A stretch of 64,000 nucleotides of DNA from Candidatus Latescibacterota bacterium (GCA_965237675.1 OZ250150.1:2880001-2944000); one strand, 5' to 3'. Shown: positions 28,023 through 39,004, numbered from the stretch's first letter. Notes: generated from the letters alone by a model not told the origin. Translations and numbers: made by a program.

Positions 28023-30944
28023 GTGCCCCATACCAGTGAAATCGCCGTCAATTTCGAGCTGTCGAACGTGTTGCGGACCAAACATCCGGGCTGGCATGAC
28101 GGTATCACTGCGGAACAAACGAACGTCTTTCGTGAGACCGCCCGGCAGCCGGACGTGGTTATTCGTTCCCCGGGTGGCGTCCCTGTCGTACTCGAAACTG
28201 AGTTCGAACCGGCTCGTGGTGTCGAAGAGGACGCCAGGAAACGGCTGGGAAGCTTCTTGCAGTACGGGGGAGACCAGATAGAGCAGACAATTGCCGTCCA
28301 GGTTCCGAAAGACCTGAGCCAGGCGCCGCAGGGTGATCTAGAGTCCCGGATCAAGGCCGCCGAGTTCCGTTATTGCACGTATTCTCTGCAAGAAACGGAT
28401 GCGGCTAAGCGTTGGCCGACCACGGGTTGGCTCGTTGGTGGCATTGACGATCTCGCTACCTGTATTGAGAACGTCTCGCTTTCCGAGCGGCTACTGGCTC
28501 AAGGAACACACATTTTGGAGCAAAGCATCCGCGAGGCCGCCGGTAAGCTGCGAGAAACAGCGGGCAAGAATGCGCTGGGGAACATGGCGGCTTCCCTCCA
28601 CCAGGAGGACGGCGACCAAACCTCGCGCATGGCCATGGCCATCGTGGCCAACGCACTCGTCTTTCACACCGCGATTGTGCAAGCGCACGAGATTGCTACC
28701 ATCGACCAGTTGCGCATCCCGGGGCGCAACGACGTAAGCAAAAGCCGTTTGCTCGCCTGCTGGCAGCATATCCTCGACAATATCAACTATTATCCGATCT
28801 TCCGCATCGCCTCCGATTTGCTGCTGCCGATTCCCGACGGTACGGCGAACGCAGTACTTAGTGGCCTTGCTCAGGCGGCCAGCGACCTGGCGGGTCTCGG
28901 GGCTACAACCCTGCACGACCTCTCTGGACGGATGTTCCAAACGTTAATCGCAGACCGGAAGTTTCTCGCCACGTTCTACACGCTTCCGATATCAGCGGCT
29001 CTGCTCGCGGAGTTGGCGGTATCCCGATTGGACGCTGAGACCGATTGGTCCGACCCGGACGCACTCACACGTCTCCAGATTGCCGACCTTGCCTGCGGTA
29101 CGGGAACCCTGCTCTCAGCCGCGTATCGTGTGCTGGCTGCGCGCTATCGGCGCACCGGCGGCGACGACCAGGCATTGCACCGGCAGATGATAGAAGGCGC
29201 CCTCATCGCGGCAGATATCATGCCTGCGGCAACGCACCTTACTGCGTCTATGCTTTCAAGCGCCCATCCTGGGACGACTTTTGGCCGCACCCGTGTCCAC
29301 ACCCTCCCTTACGGACGGCAGGACGAGAAAAAACGGCATGCAATGGCGTTAGGTGCCCTCGACCTGATTGAAGACGACGCCGCGCCATCGCTATTTGGCA
29401 CCGGTGTAAAAGTTGCTCACGGCAAAGGCTCCGACGTGGAAAGCGAGGGCAGCCAGGATATGATCCTCCCGCGCGGAACCGCGGACGTGGTGATTATGAA
29501 CCCTCCGTTCACGCGCCCAACTGGTCAGGAGAGTAAAAAGGTTGGAATTCCTGTGCCGTCGTTTGCTGGGTTGGGCACGAGTAAGAATGAACAGCGACAA
29601 ATGAGCATCAGGTTAAAGGCGATATGTGCCAAGCTGAAAAAGAGCGGATCCCTGGCTGGCCACGGGAACGCTGGGCTGGCCACAAATTTTATTGATCTCG
29701 CTCATGCCAAAACTAAGCCGGGTGGTGTCATAGCGTTAGTGCTACCAGCGGCATTTGCGAGCGGTAGTTCATGGGAAGATGCTCGGCGATTGCTGGAACG
29801 TGAGTACGAAGATTTAGCCGTGTTTACTGTTGCTGCGTACGGCCAGATGGATCGGGCTTTTTCGGCCGATACTGGAATGGCTGAAGCGCTGGTGGTGGCT
29901 ACCAAGTGCCGCGCTGGACGCAAGGGATGTGGGAAAGCTCTGTTCGTCAACATCTTTCACCGTCCGTACAGTCCTGAGGAAGCCTTTGAGATTGCGCGGG
30001 CTGTGCAACGGCTCACACCTGAAGTTCGGCATGGGCGGATTTCTGTGGGGAATCGCGAGATCATCGGCGCCTACATTCGTGCACCATTGAATCAAGGCGG
30101 ATGCGCGTCACTACGCGAAACTGGGCTTGCCGACACCGCCCATGGCTTGTTGGAAAAGAACCTGCGACTGCCTCAGGGATACTCCGTGCCATTTTGCACG
30201 ACGAACCTCCAGGCCCTTGGAAAGCGGGGGTTATATCACATTGACATCTCCGGAAACCAGAGTGACGGAACCCCTCGAGGACCATTTAAGATCATACCTA
30301 TTCAAGGAGTCCCCGAGTATCCCGTGTTATGGGGCCACGAGGCGCAACGTGAACGGGGCCTCGTCGTTCAGCCCGATAGCGAAGGAGACGTGCGTGCTGG
30401 CTGTAACGACCACGCGGTCGCTGCTTGGAACGAAACGGCATCGCGGCTCCATTTCAACCGTGACTTTCAAATCAACTCGCAAAGCCTTACCGCATGCCTC
30501 ACCCCCGCGAAAACGATTGGCGGCAGAGCGTGGCCCAACTTCATTCTTGAGCGAGAGGAGTGGACGCTTCCCCTTGTTCTGTGGTCCAACACGACACTCG
30601 GACTCCTCTCATTCTGGTGGGCTGGCACCCGACAGCAGCAGGGGCGGGCGTGTCTCACAATCACCCAATTGCCCCAACTGACGGTTTTAGACCCGCGCAC
30701 CCTCAGTGAGGATCAGTTATCTCAGGCCACGGAAATCTTCGAGCAATTCAAGGAAAGGGAATTCCTGCCAGCCAACGAGGCGTATCGGGATGACGTCCGC
30801 CAGGACCTTGACCGCGCCGTCTTAGTGGAACTGCTACAATTTTCGGAGGAAGTCCTCGAACCTCTCGCTATTTTACGCGATCAATGGTGCGCCGAGCCAA
30901 GCGTTCACGGGGGTAAGAAGACAAGGATTGATACGCCCATTTGA
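28023..30944 (+). CDS. Type IIG/IIL-like restriction-modification fusion (nuclease + N6-adenine MTase + TRD)
   Basis: N-terminal QPDVVI..VLETEF, motif X-like TFYT, motif I DLACGTGTLL, motif IV MNPPF, long C-terminal specificity region. Confidence 0.82.
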   Translation: MPHTSEIAVNFELSNVLRTKHPGWHDGITAEQTNVFRETARQPDVVIRSPGGVPVVLETEFEPARGVEEDARKRLGSFLQYGGDQIEQTIAVQVPKDLSQAPQGDLESRIKAAEFRYCTYSLQETDAAKRWPTTGWLVGGIDDLATCIENVSLSERLLAQGTHILEQSIREAAGKLRETAGKNALGNMAASLHQEDGDQTSRMAMAIVANALVFHTAIVQAHEIATIDQLRIPGRNDVSKSRLLACWQHILDNINYYPIFRIASDLLLPIPDGTANAVLSGLAQAASDLAGLGATTLHDLSGRMFQTLIADRKFLATFYTLPISAALLAELAVSRLDAETDWSDPDALTRLQIADLACGTGTLLSAAYRVLAARYRRTGGDDQALHRQMIEGALIAADIMPAATHLTASMLSSAHPGTTFGRTRVHTLPYGRQDEKKRHAMALGALDLIEDDAAPSLFGTGVKVAHGKGSDVESEGSQDMILPRGTADVVIMNPPFTRPTGQESKKVGIPVPSFAGLGTSKNEQRQMSIRLKAICAKLKKSGSLAGHGNAGLATNFIDLAHAKTKPGGVIALVLPAAFASGSSWEDARRLLEREYEDLAVFTVAAYGQMDRAFSADTGMAEALVVATKCRAGRKGCGKALFVNIFHRPYSPEEAFEIARAVQRLTPEVRHGRISVGNREIIGAYIRAPLNQGGCASLRETGLADTAHGLLEKNLRLPQGYSVPFCTTNLQALGKRGLYHIDISGNQSDGTPRGPFKIIPIQGVPEYPVLWGHEAQRERGLVVQPDSEGDVRAGCNDHAVAAWNETASRLHFNRDFQINSQSLTACLTPAKTIGGRAWPNFILEREEWTLPLVLWSNTTLGLLSFWWAGTRQQQGRACLTITQLPQLTVLDPRTLSEDQLSQATEIFEQFKEREFLPANEAYRDDVRQDLDRAVLVELLQFSEEVLEPLAILRDQWCAEPSVHGGKKTRIDTPI

Positions 30945-31229
30945 TCACGTTGAAGACCAACCTACTTTCAATCGGACACGATCATATAGTGAATTTGTAC
31001 CGATGGCGTCAGTACCGGGATCCAGATCAAGTACAACAAATGAAGGTGATCGATTGTACCGTTGACGCTACCGCCTTGAAAAGACCATCTGTTAACATTG
31101 GATCCTCAATTCATGTCTTGGGTCCGGTCAACATAGCGTGTTTTGCTCCTTGATTCAGCTTGGCGCTCAGAAGCGACATCTGAACGTTGTTTCAGATCTG
31201 ACAGACTACAGATTAACAGGAGATAAGCC

Positions 31230-31853
31230 ATGAGCGACTGGATCACGGATGTGGATACGTTTCAACTTGGTGGTATCTGCATATTGATAGCGTTGTTCCT
31301 TTTCAAGAATTACGTTACGCCCTACATACGCAAGAAGGGCGAAAACCTTGCGACGAAACAGGATATAGCGGAGATTACCGACGAAATCGAAAAGGTCCGC
31401 TCGGAATACGCGAAGCAACTGGAAGAAATATCACAGCAGAATCGCCTTATCTTAGAACAGGCAAAACGAAAACACCAGCTCAGCATCGCCGCCTTGGACC
31501 GCCGCCTCGAAGCACATCAACAAGCATACACACTGTGGCGGAAGCTCCGGTCGGTATTGTACAAAGATGAGGTAGGTAGCGTCGTTATGGAGTGTCAGGA
31601 TTGGTGGGTAAATAACTGTTTGTACCTGGATGCTGAGGCGAGACAAGCGTTTTCGGAAGCATACCATGCAGCTTTTGCGCATCGGGAGCGTGCGGATGGA
31701 AATAGGGCCACGGCAGAGGGAAAGGAGATTATCAAGGAAAACCTTATGGCAGTAATGAATGCAGGTGATAAGATAGTGAAGGGTGTGGAACTTCCGAGTC
31801 TCGGAGAAGACGAGTACAAGCCTGTTGATCCATCAGAATCGGTCAAGGATTAG
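31230..31853 (+). CDS. Hypothetical protein, N-terminal TM helix + coiled coil
   Basis: AGGAG RBS; TM segment followed by YIRKKGENLATKQDIAEITDEIEKVRSEY. Confidence 0.75.
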   Translation: MSDWITDVDTFQLGGICILIALFLFKNYVTPYIRKKGENLATKQDIAEITDEIEKVRSEYAKQLEEISQQNRLILEQAKRKHQLSIAALDRRLEAHQQAYTLWRKLRSVLYKDEVGSVVMECQDWWVNNCLYLDAEARQAFSEAYHAAFAHRERADGNRATAEGKEIIKENLMAVMNAGDKIVKGVELPSLGEDEYKPVDPSESVKD

Positions 31854-31893
31854 CCGAAGGAAACAACGCCTGGAACCTTTGAGGATGAGAATC

Positions 31894-32325
31894 ATGGGGC
31901 AAAAGAACAAGCTTGAGTTTTCGTCAATTCAAATCACCAAATCATTGAATGAGGCAGTTACGGGTGCTGCTGAATTGACTGAACAGAGTGTTGAAGATTT
32001 CGTCCACAGAAGCCTTGCGACCGTGACTTGGCAGACACTGCAAAACAAGAGTGAGATCGTCCAATTGCGTGGGGAGTCTGTAAACGAGGATTTAGAACTC
32101 CTAAAACACCATTGGAAGATGAAGAGGAAGGGATCCAGTGTATTCCTTAGAAGCTGCGGAAATTCACATCAATTGAGGATTATGAGTAATGCGCAGGCCG
32201 AATTCGAAAAGTGGTTAAAAGACAAGGGCGAAACGGATTCGCATCCATATGATCCCTTTGAGTCACTCTTGAAGAACATACAGCATGAACAGAGATGGAA
32301 TTCGGGCAGACGAACTATATCGTAA
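31894..32325 (+). CDS. Hypothetical protein with possible N-terminal ribbon-helix-helix
   Basis: SIQITKSLNEAVTGAAELTEQSVEDFVHRSL resembles an RHH pattern; start uncertain. Confidence 0.5.
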   Translation: MGQKNKLEFSSIQITKSLNEAVTGAAELTEQSVEDFVHRSLATVTWQTLQNKSEIVQLRGESVNEDLELLKHHWKMKRKGSSVFLRSCGNSHQLRIMSNAQAEFEKWLKDKGETDSHPYDPFESLLKNIQHEQRWNSGRRTIS

Positions 32326-32702
32326 AGTACGAGAGAACTGATGAATTGCGACGGGAAGGAGTCTCATTTGAAGAGTGTGAAGGGTTGCTGTCAGAAGAGT
32401 CCAACAAATATCGGGAAAAACATGGATATCTGGAGTCAGAGATTCCATTTGATCCGTCTTTCGGAATCCAGGCCAGTCTTCCCATTCCTGAGCTTCTTTC
32501 TGAGTTCAAGGATTTGAAGCGGGTCATTGACGACGGTGGAATTTCGATTAAAGACATCGCCCTCATAGTGATGTTTTGGAAACTGACTAAAACAAAGATC
32601 ATTGGATTTATAGGAAAAAGGCGGTTCAAGAGGATTTCTACAATATTAAAAAAGCGCCTAAGGAGATATATCGACAGTAAGATAAACAAACTCGACGCAT
32701 GA
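32295..32702 (+). CDS. Hypothetical protein (basic C-terminus)
   Basis: 135-aa ORF overlapping the previous one by 31 nt; could be a frameshifted continuation of it. Confidence 0.45.
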   Translation: MEFGQTNYIVKYERTDELRREGVSFEECEGLLSEESNKYREKHGYLESEIPFDPSFGIQASLPIPELLSEFKDLKRVIDDGGISIKDIALIVMFWKLTKTKIIGFIGKRRFKRISTILKKRLRRYIDSKINKLDA

Positions 32703-32973
32703 CAGGGGTTTTCACGTTTTTGGAATTGTCCGGTTTTTAAAAACGCTCGGCAGTTTGGGTGTCAGTCTAAGTATTAATGAGATTGTGTAGAAGCTGACCC
32801 CTTAAGCCGCAAAAACGCTCTCTTGCATCCGTTACACGGTCACAGCGTCATCGAGCTCGTTGTCCAATTGATGTGCTCCAGGCCGTCGGCGTCAAAATCC
32901 CCGACCAATTCTACATGATGCGCTTACCTCCGCCCGAAAATTACCGATAAGATGAAATCTTAAGCACCCTGCT

Positions 32974-34320
32974 ATGATCAAACGACTAATTAAACATATC
33001 TTTATTGATGAAGAATGCGTTATTGCGAAACGCAAGAGGATAACTTGCGACAAATTATCAGCTATTCTAAGTATTGATCCTGAAGCCGGCAAGACCATTC
33101 GTGGTGGTGTTGGACATTTATTGGATAACCATATTAAATGGAGTCGTGCCAATGGAAAATATGAAATTTTGATATTTGAGGTCAAAAATCTAGAGATTCA
33201 TCTAGCGGCTAAAGAGAAAGAGTTTTACAATCAGGATATGGTAGAAATAAGGTATGGTTTCCGTGGTACAGCGGTAGTTTTACAATTTGAAGATTGTCGT
33301 TTTACCATAGATGATATCGACACTACACGGATTCACTTTTCGCCATTATTCTATCCGGTTGATAGTAGCAGCTCGTTTCGTTTCATTGAAAATGATATTA
33401 ACTGTAGTTTTTCTTTTCCTGATTATAGTGAGGTAACATTTATAGGAAATCAAGGTACACAAATTTCAATCCAACGACACTCTGTACTTCGCGAAACGTA
33501 TAAGTATGGCATTTCTTTAGAATTCAAGAAAAATAACATCAAGCGATTAGATTTGGATTTTCCTTTTCCAAGTGATTATCCGATATCTTGTTATTTCGCC
33601 GGCAGTAATAAAATCGCTGTCTTAATGTGGTCTCAGCTTATCGATAGCCGAAATTTCGATCCTTATGGTAATTTATCGAATTATGGCAGTACGGTTGATT
33701 TTGACTCATTTAAAATAGTTTTTCGTCGCAGTGAGCATATAGGCAAAACATTATTAAAGGCTCGTTATCTGAGACGCGGATATAGTAGCCTTTATTATGA
33801 TATGCGATATTTATTTCTGGTATTGAAAAATATCGCACGAATGAAAGATGATACTGAACAAATGTCGATTATTGGTAGTTATATTATGTTGATTGAATAT
33901 GCGCAAATAAAGTATGATTTCAAATATGAAGGATGGTATCGCTGTTATTCTGAATGGCAGAATTGGGTCTTATTAGGATGGCGCAAGATATCTTCGAATT
34001 ACTATATGTCCTGGCTTCGACCAACTATTTTCTTAGTTGGAGGTTATTTGTTTTTTAATTTAGCTCCTTTCTTGATTCTATGGTTACATGGACTACGCTT
34101 TGATTATATCGGGTATTGGGAATTTTGTCTTGCTAGCCCAACTACAATTCCTTTCTATACCACTACTTTAGAAACTATCTTGGGAAAAGACAGGTTTGGT
34201 GAACTTCTTTGGTTGGTTAAAGAAGTATGGTTTGACTTCCTAGGCATCCTTCGGATACTTTGGATGACCCTATGGGGATATGCATTAAAGAATGTACTTA
34301 GGGCGTATCGCATATTGTAG
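32974..34320 (+). CDS. AT-rich hypothetical protein with C-terminal membrane domain
   Basis: 448-aa ORF in markedly AT-rich DNA; SSNYYMSWLRP followed by two or three TM segments. Confidence 0.75.
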   Translation: MIKRLIKHIFIDEECVIAKRKRITCDKLSAILSIDPEAGKTIRGGVGHLLDNHIKWSRANGKYEILIFEVKNLEIHLAAKEKEFYNQDMVEIRYGFRGTAVVLQFEDCRFTIDDIDTTRIHFSPLFYPVDSSSSFRFIENDINCSFSFPDYSEVTFIGNQGTQISIQRHSVLRETYKYGISLEFKKNNIKRLDLDFPFPSDYPISCYFAGSNKIAVLMWSQLIDSRNFDPYGNLSNYGSTVDFDSFKIVFRRSEHIGKTLLKARYLRRGYSSLYYDMRYLFLVLKNIARMKDDTEQMSIIGSYIMLIEYAQIKYDFKYEGWYRCYSEWQNWVLLGWRKISSNYYMSWLRPTIFLVGGYLFFNLAPFLILWLHGLRFDYIGYWEFCLASPTTIPFYTTTLETILGKDRFGELLWLVKEVWFDFLGILRILWMTLWGYALKNVLRAYRIL

Positions 34321-34748
34321 GAAGATTACTTTCATCAAGACACAGAATGCTTAAGCCCCCTGTGACAAACAATCCCAAGGGGCTGTTTACTTGATCTCCA
34401 AATAGCACCTATTGTCCTCCAACCGCTACCAATCCCCAAATAATCTTTAGTAGAGGAGAACGGCCATGGCTAATGGCAATGGATTGTGGAGGACAAATAT
34501 TGACGAATATTCATGCGAGTGAGGAAAAAGCCTTTGACGTGTGGGGTCGTCACAAAGTGCAACCCAATAGCCGTCACTGTCGCATTTTGCGTCACTTTCT
34601 CAGGCAACCGGATGCACGCTGGCATCGGCCCAATCAAACTGAGGCCGCGCGATCCCTGTAATCTGAAGAAGGTCGACGATAACGTGCACGGCACGGGGAG
34701 ATGGACAGTTCCCGTCCGAGTCTGATTTGAAAGGAGTAACTGAACGAA

Positions 34749-36749
34749 ATGGCTCCACGAATGAAGAAGACCGAACACGAAGAGCCTATGGATCCCTTTT
34801 CGGAACTGACGTGGGACGATCTGGAGGAATGGGCCGGCAATCGCATCGTCGCTCGAGGTCGGTCCTATACGAGAAAAGGGGCTGTTAGGGATTTGAAACG
34901 GGCCGAAGACGGGGCCCTGATAGCCTGGGTGCTGGGTAGCCATCGCTACGCCACCAGGGTGAGCGTCGAGGGAAGAAAGGACCTGATATCCGGATGTACC
35001 TGTCCCTACTGGACGACGTGTAAACACGCGGTGGCTGTCGTGGTGGAATATCTGGAGATGGCAAAGACCGGAACTGCCGTCGGCCGGGTTGAGGCTGACG
35101 ATCCGCGCCTTGAGGAGTTGGACGCAATCACGGAAAACGATGAGGAGCCGCTGAAATTCGACGGGGAGGACCTGGAAGAGGAGCCCGGCGAGACACTTTC
35201 CGAAAGCATCGGGACCGGGCAATCCCGGAGTTCTTCTTTGCGTACGTACCTGCAGGAGCATACTCGGGCCGAACTTGTGGACCTGCTGCTGGAACTCGCC
35301 GAAACACACGACGAGGTGCGCCGGTCGCTTGAGGACCGCCACAACCTGACCTCGGGGCAGACCCACAAAGTTCTGCAAAGGATACGCTCCGAGATCGCAG
35401 CCATGGAAGAACCCGTATGGGAAAGTGACGATTACGGGTTCCAATCGGCCAGTACAGAGCGCCTCAAAGCGATGCTGCAGGCGCTGGTGGCAGCTGGACA
35501 GGTTGACGCGGCGGTGCAACTGGGACCGGAACTGCTGGCCGCGGGCAGCCGGGCGCTGCAGTACGAGCACGATGGACAGTCAAGCGAAGCGATCGGCGCC
35601 TGCCTCGACGTTCTTTTTGGGGCCCTGGATAGAACTTCCATGTCACCCGCGGACCGGATCGAATGGGTTCTGGACATGGCCCTGGCAGACGAGTACGAAC
35701 TTTGCTGCCACGGATTGGAAAACTTCTCGGATAAAGACTATGCGAAAAACGATTGGTCTGCGGTGTGCGACCGCTTAACGCAGCGTCTCGACGCCCGCGA
35801 GCAACCTCCCCGAGATGATGAGCTTTCGCGTGACTACAAGCGGGATCTGATCGCCGACTGGCTCATTCACGCCCTGGAAAAGGCTGGTAGGCGGAACGAG
35901 ATTATTCCTCTGTGCAAGCGCGAAGCCCCCATCACCTTCAGTTACAATCGCCTGGTGGATCGTGTGATCGCCGAGCGCGCGTGGGACGAAGCGCGGCACT
36001 GGTGCCGGCAGGGGCTTGAGGCGAATCCCGACCGGTTTGCAGGCCTGCACGCCGCGCTTCGAGAGCAACTGCAGACAATCAACCTGCGCAGCGGCAATCC
36101 ACTCGCCGGGCTGGCCATACAGGCGGAGGAGTTTTTCGCCAGACCCAGCTCAGAGGATTTTCAGGCTTTGTGCAATGCCGCCCGCGGGCTGGGCGTTGGC
36201 GAGGGCGTCGAGGCGTGGGGCCGGCACTATCTGCAAACCGGCCTGCGCCCTCGCAGCACCAGGAAACGCAAGCGCGACCCGGAGATGGAATGGCCCCTGC
36301 CCGCTCCGGAAGTCGAAATGCCGGCGCCGCCCGGCAAAAAAAAGGCGCCTATGGTCGACGAGTTGATCCGCCTGGCCATTGCCGAGAAGAAGCCGAATGA
36401 GGTTGTGAAGTGGTACGACGATTCCCGCCGGACCAGGACTGAGCACTGGATGCGTGACGCCTCCCTCGACGACGAGGTGGCCGACGCCATCGCGTCCACT
36501 CATCCAGACCGGGCGGTGTCAATTTGGAAAGACCTGGCGGAGCAGCTGGTCGCCCTGGTGAAGCCGAGGGCGTACCAGGATGCGGTTCCGTATCTGCGCA
36601 AAGCCAGAAACGTGCTTACCCGGTCGAGCCGCGAGGGGGAGTGGCAAGAGTACCTCACAGCATTGAGACAGCAGAACAAGCGCAGGCCCCGATGCCTGGA
36701 GGAACTGGATCGGCTGGAGGATGGTCGCCGGCGAATTATGGACGGCTAA
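34749..36749 (+). CDS. SWIM zinc-finger domain protein
   Basis: RGRSY..AWVLGSHRY, SWIM motif CTCPYWTTCKH, long helical C-terminus; AAGGAG upstream. Confidence 0.85.
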   Translation: MAPRMKKTEHEEPMDPFSELTWDDLEEWAGNRIVARGRSYTRKGAVRDLKRAEDGALIAWVLGSHRYATRVSVEGRKDLISGCTCPYWTTCKHAVAVVVEYLEMAKTGTAVGRVEADDPRLEELDAITENDEEPLKFDGEDLEEEPGETLSESIGTGQSRSSSLRTYLQEHTRAELVDLLLELAETHDEVRRSLEDRHNLTSGQTHKVLQRIRSEIAAMEEPVWESDDYGFQSASTERLKAMLQALVAAGQVDAAVQLGPELLAAGSRALQYEHDGQSSEAIGACLDVLFGALDRTSMSPADRIEWVLDMALADEYELCCHGLENFSDKDYAKNDWSAVCDRLTQRLDAREQPPRDDELSRDYKRDLIADWLIHALEKAGRRNEIIPLCKREAPITFSYNRLVDRVIAERAWDEARHWCRQGLEANPDRFAGLHAALREQLQTINLRSGNPLAGLAIQAEEFFARPSSEDFQALCNAARGLGVGEGVEAWGRHYLQTGLRPRSTRKRKRDPEMEWPLPAPEVEMPAPPGKKKAPMVDELIRLAIAEKKPNEVVKWYDDSRRTRTEHWMRDASLDDEVADAIASTHPDRAVSIWKDLAEQLVALVKPRAYQDAVPYLRKARNVLTRSSREGEWQEYLTALRQQNKRRPRCLEELDRLEDGRRRIMDG

Positions 36750-37126
36750 GCCAGTTCCGAACGATCATGACGGCCCGTTGCCGCTACGGAGAAAATGGAA
36801 CAGGCCGTAGCCGATGCCATACCATTGGGGCGGGGGTATCAAGTGCCCGGCAAAGATCATCGCGTCGACTTCCGTGATCGGAAAGTTCACAGGCATTCCG
36901 GTGTACTTTTGTAGCTTGCAATAGACGCGTCGCACGCTCCGTTTGAGACACGGCTTTTTCATGCGGCAGTCTGATTGGAACCTTCCCTTATTTCGACCTG
37001 ATGGAGAACATCCTCTATGACCGACGAATGGAGCGCGGAAGCCGCCGGAGCATTACTTGAAGCATTTCATCAGCATTTCCTGCCCCGTCCGGAGCGCTCG
37101 ATCAAGTTCGGAGTCGACCACACCCA

Positions 37127-38680
37127 ATGAACGTCGAGGACCGTCTGCTGCTGTCCGGCCGCAACCTTCTCGGCAGTCTGTCGCGCGACGACGGCTACCT
37201 GCCGTACTGGCACATGGCCGTCGACGGGGAGCTGGGCGCCATGTACCAGTTTCGGCCATACTGCACCGGCCACAACGTCGGACGCTGGTGGAACACAATG
37301 CTGCGGCTCGAGCGCGCCGCCGGCTTCGAGATCCCCGTAGAGATGGAAGCGGCGATGCTGGAGAACAGCCGGCGCCTGTCCAACAACGCCAGCGGCATCT
37401 TCCTCGAGGACGTCGACCCCCGGGACCCGGCGACTTGGTACATCCACTCCTACCGCGAGACCATGCTGTCCGTCGGACTGCTTGTCGAATGCCGCGGCAG
37501 CGGCCGCGCCGCCGAGTGGGGCCACCGGGCGATCGAGGGGATGAGCCGCGCCAGCCGGGACCTGATGGAGTGGAGGTTCTCGTTCGACGGCGGACCTGTG
37601 CGGGCAAAGCACGGCAACAGCGCCGCCCCGGCCTACACCCACGGCCGCGCCATCGAAGGCCTGCTCTGTTTCCACGCGGCCACCGGTGAGCCGTTCGCCC
37701 TCGAGGAAGCGGAGCGCCTGGCCGATTTCCACTTCGGATACCTGCTGAACGCGGACGGCAGCCTCGCCGGGGGCTGCGGCCACCACACCCACTCGTACCT
37801 CAACACCCTCCGCGGCCTGCTGATGCTGGCCGCGCTCCTGGGTTCGCGCGAACGCCAGGAGCTGATATACAAGACCTACCGGGAGGCCGTATCCGGGATG
37901 ATCACCCACTCAGGGTTCGTCACCCACGACATCGGCGACCGCTACGGCGGCGACATCGCCTCGGCCGGGGACATCGCCCACATCGCCCTGTTGCTGTGGG
38001 ACCTGTTCGCCGACCCCGGACTGCTCGACGATGCCGAGCGCATCGCGCGGGCCCGGCTGTTCCCGGCGCAGGTGCGGGAACCGGTTCCGATCCGGCCTGC
38101 CCAAGCAGCCGACTCCCGCGACTGCTACCGCGACCTCCCCAACCGTTTCGTGGGCGCCATCGGCGGCTCGGTAGGCCACGTCAGCGGCCAGACCTGCGTC
38201 ACCGATTTCACCGCCGCTGCCCTGCACAGCCTTATCGAGCTCTGGACCCGGACCGTCGACGTCGAGGGAGAGATCGTCCGCGTCAACTTCCACTTCGACC
38301 GCGAGCTGCCGGAGGTGGGGGTGAGGGCGGAGCGCGACGAAAACGGGGGCCGGGTCACCGTGGTCAACCGAACCGGAAAGGAGCTGCGGCTGCGTTTCCC
38401 GGGCTGGGCCGATGAGGGGACCTGCTCGGTTACCGTCGACGGGCGGCCTGTCGAGGCAACGGTGGAGAACGGATTCGTGGTGGTGGCGCAGGGTGAAGGG
38501 GCTACGACCAGCGAGCTGCGCTTCGCTGTTCCCGAGTACGAGGAGGAGGAGCTGTCGCGGGACGAGTCCGCCGAAGAAGAGACGGTGACCTTTCGCTGGC
38601 GCGGCGACGAGATCGCCGACGTCAGCAGCGGCGGGCCCTACATGGAGCCGCATCCTGCATTGTGCCAGTCGCTGCTGTAG
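37127..38680 (+). CDS. GH127-like (alpha/alpha)6-barrel protein
   Basis: HNVGRWW, HHTHS, DDAERIARARL, C-terminal beta region ELRLRFPGWA..VTVDGRP; visibly higher GC than its neighbours. Confidence 0.62.
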   Translation: MNVEDRLLLSGRNLLGSLSRDDGYLPYWHMAVDGELGAMYQFRPYCTGHNVGRWWNTMLRLERAAGFEIPVEMEAAMLENSRRLSNNASGIFLEDVDPRDPATWYIHSYRETMLSVGLLVECRGSGRAAEWGHRAIEGMSRASRDLMEWRFSFDGGPVRAKHGNSAAPAYTHGRAIEGLLCFHAATGEPFALEEAERLADFHFGYLLNADGSLAGGCGHHTHSYLNTLRGLLMLAALLGSRERQELIYKTYREAVSGMITHSGFVTHDIGDRYGGDIASAGDIAHIALLLWDLFADPGLLDDAERIARARLFPAQVREPVPIRPAQAADSRDCYRDLPNRFVGAIGGSVGHVSGQTCVTDFTAAALHSLIELWTRTVDVEGEIVRVNFHFDRELPEVGVRAERDENGGRVTVVNRTGKELRLRFPGWADEGTCSVTVDGRPVEATVENGFVVVAQGEGATTSELRFAVPEYEEEELSRDESAEEETVTFRWRGDEIADVSSGGPYMEPHPALCQSLL

Positions 38681-39004
38681 GGAGGTTGCCGGGGGCCTGG
38701 TGCCGCCTGGCGGATTGGTTCGCCCGATAGAAGGGTGATCGGCAGGCGGAAGGGTGTCCCGAAGCCAGCCTCTCCCGCTGAGTGAGCACAAGGCAGCGTC
38801 GCTTACCTGGGAACGCGGTTCGGAAAGCAAATAGGCGGGAAGCGGTCCTGGAGGGGCCGCGGATTCGTCCGTTCCTTTCGCCGAACCAGTCGCCACACCG
38901 GGGGACCGCGACTCACTCCAGGCAGTTGAACATCGTCGTGATGCTCCGAACATCCCGGGAAAGCGCAACAGCTCCGGGTCCTGAGCGCGGGCTGGACGTC
39001 GACC

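Noticed and set aside
27732-28118. Small minus-strand ORFs sharing GSRTAPT and VSQ(F/I)AT peptides (also 42399-42647)
   Set aside because: The shared peptides are simply translations of the REP and palindrome module; there is no consistent start, stop or RBS.
32775-32925. Possible IS-end remnant (GAGATTGTGTAGAA ... TTCTACATGATGC)
   Set aside because: The inverted match is too short and there is no target duplication to support a call.
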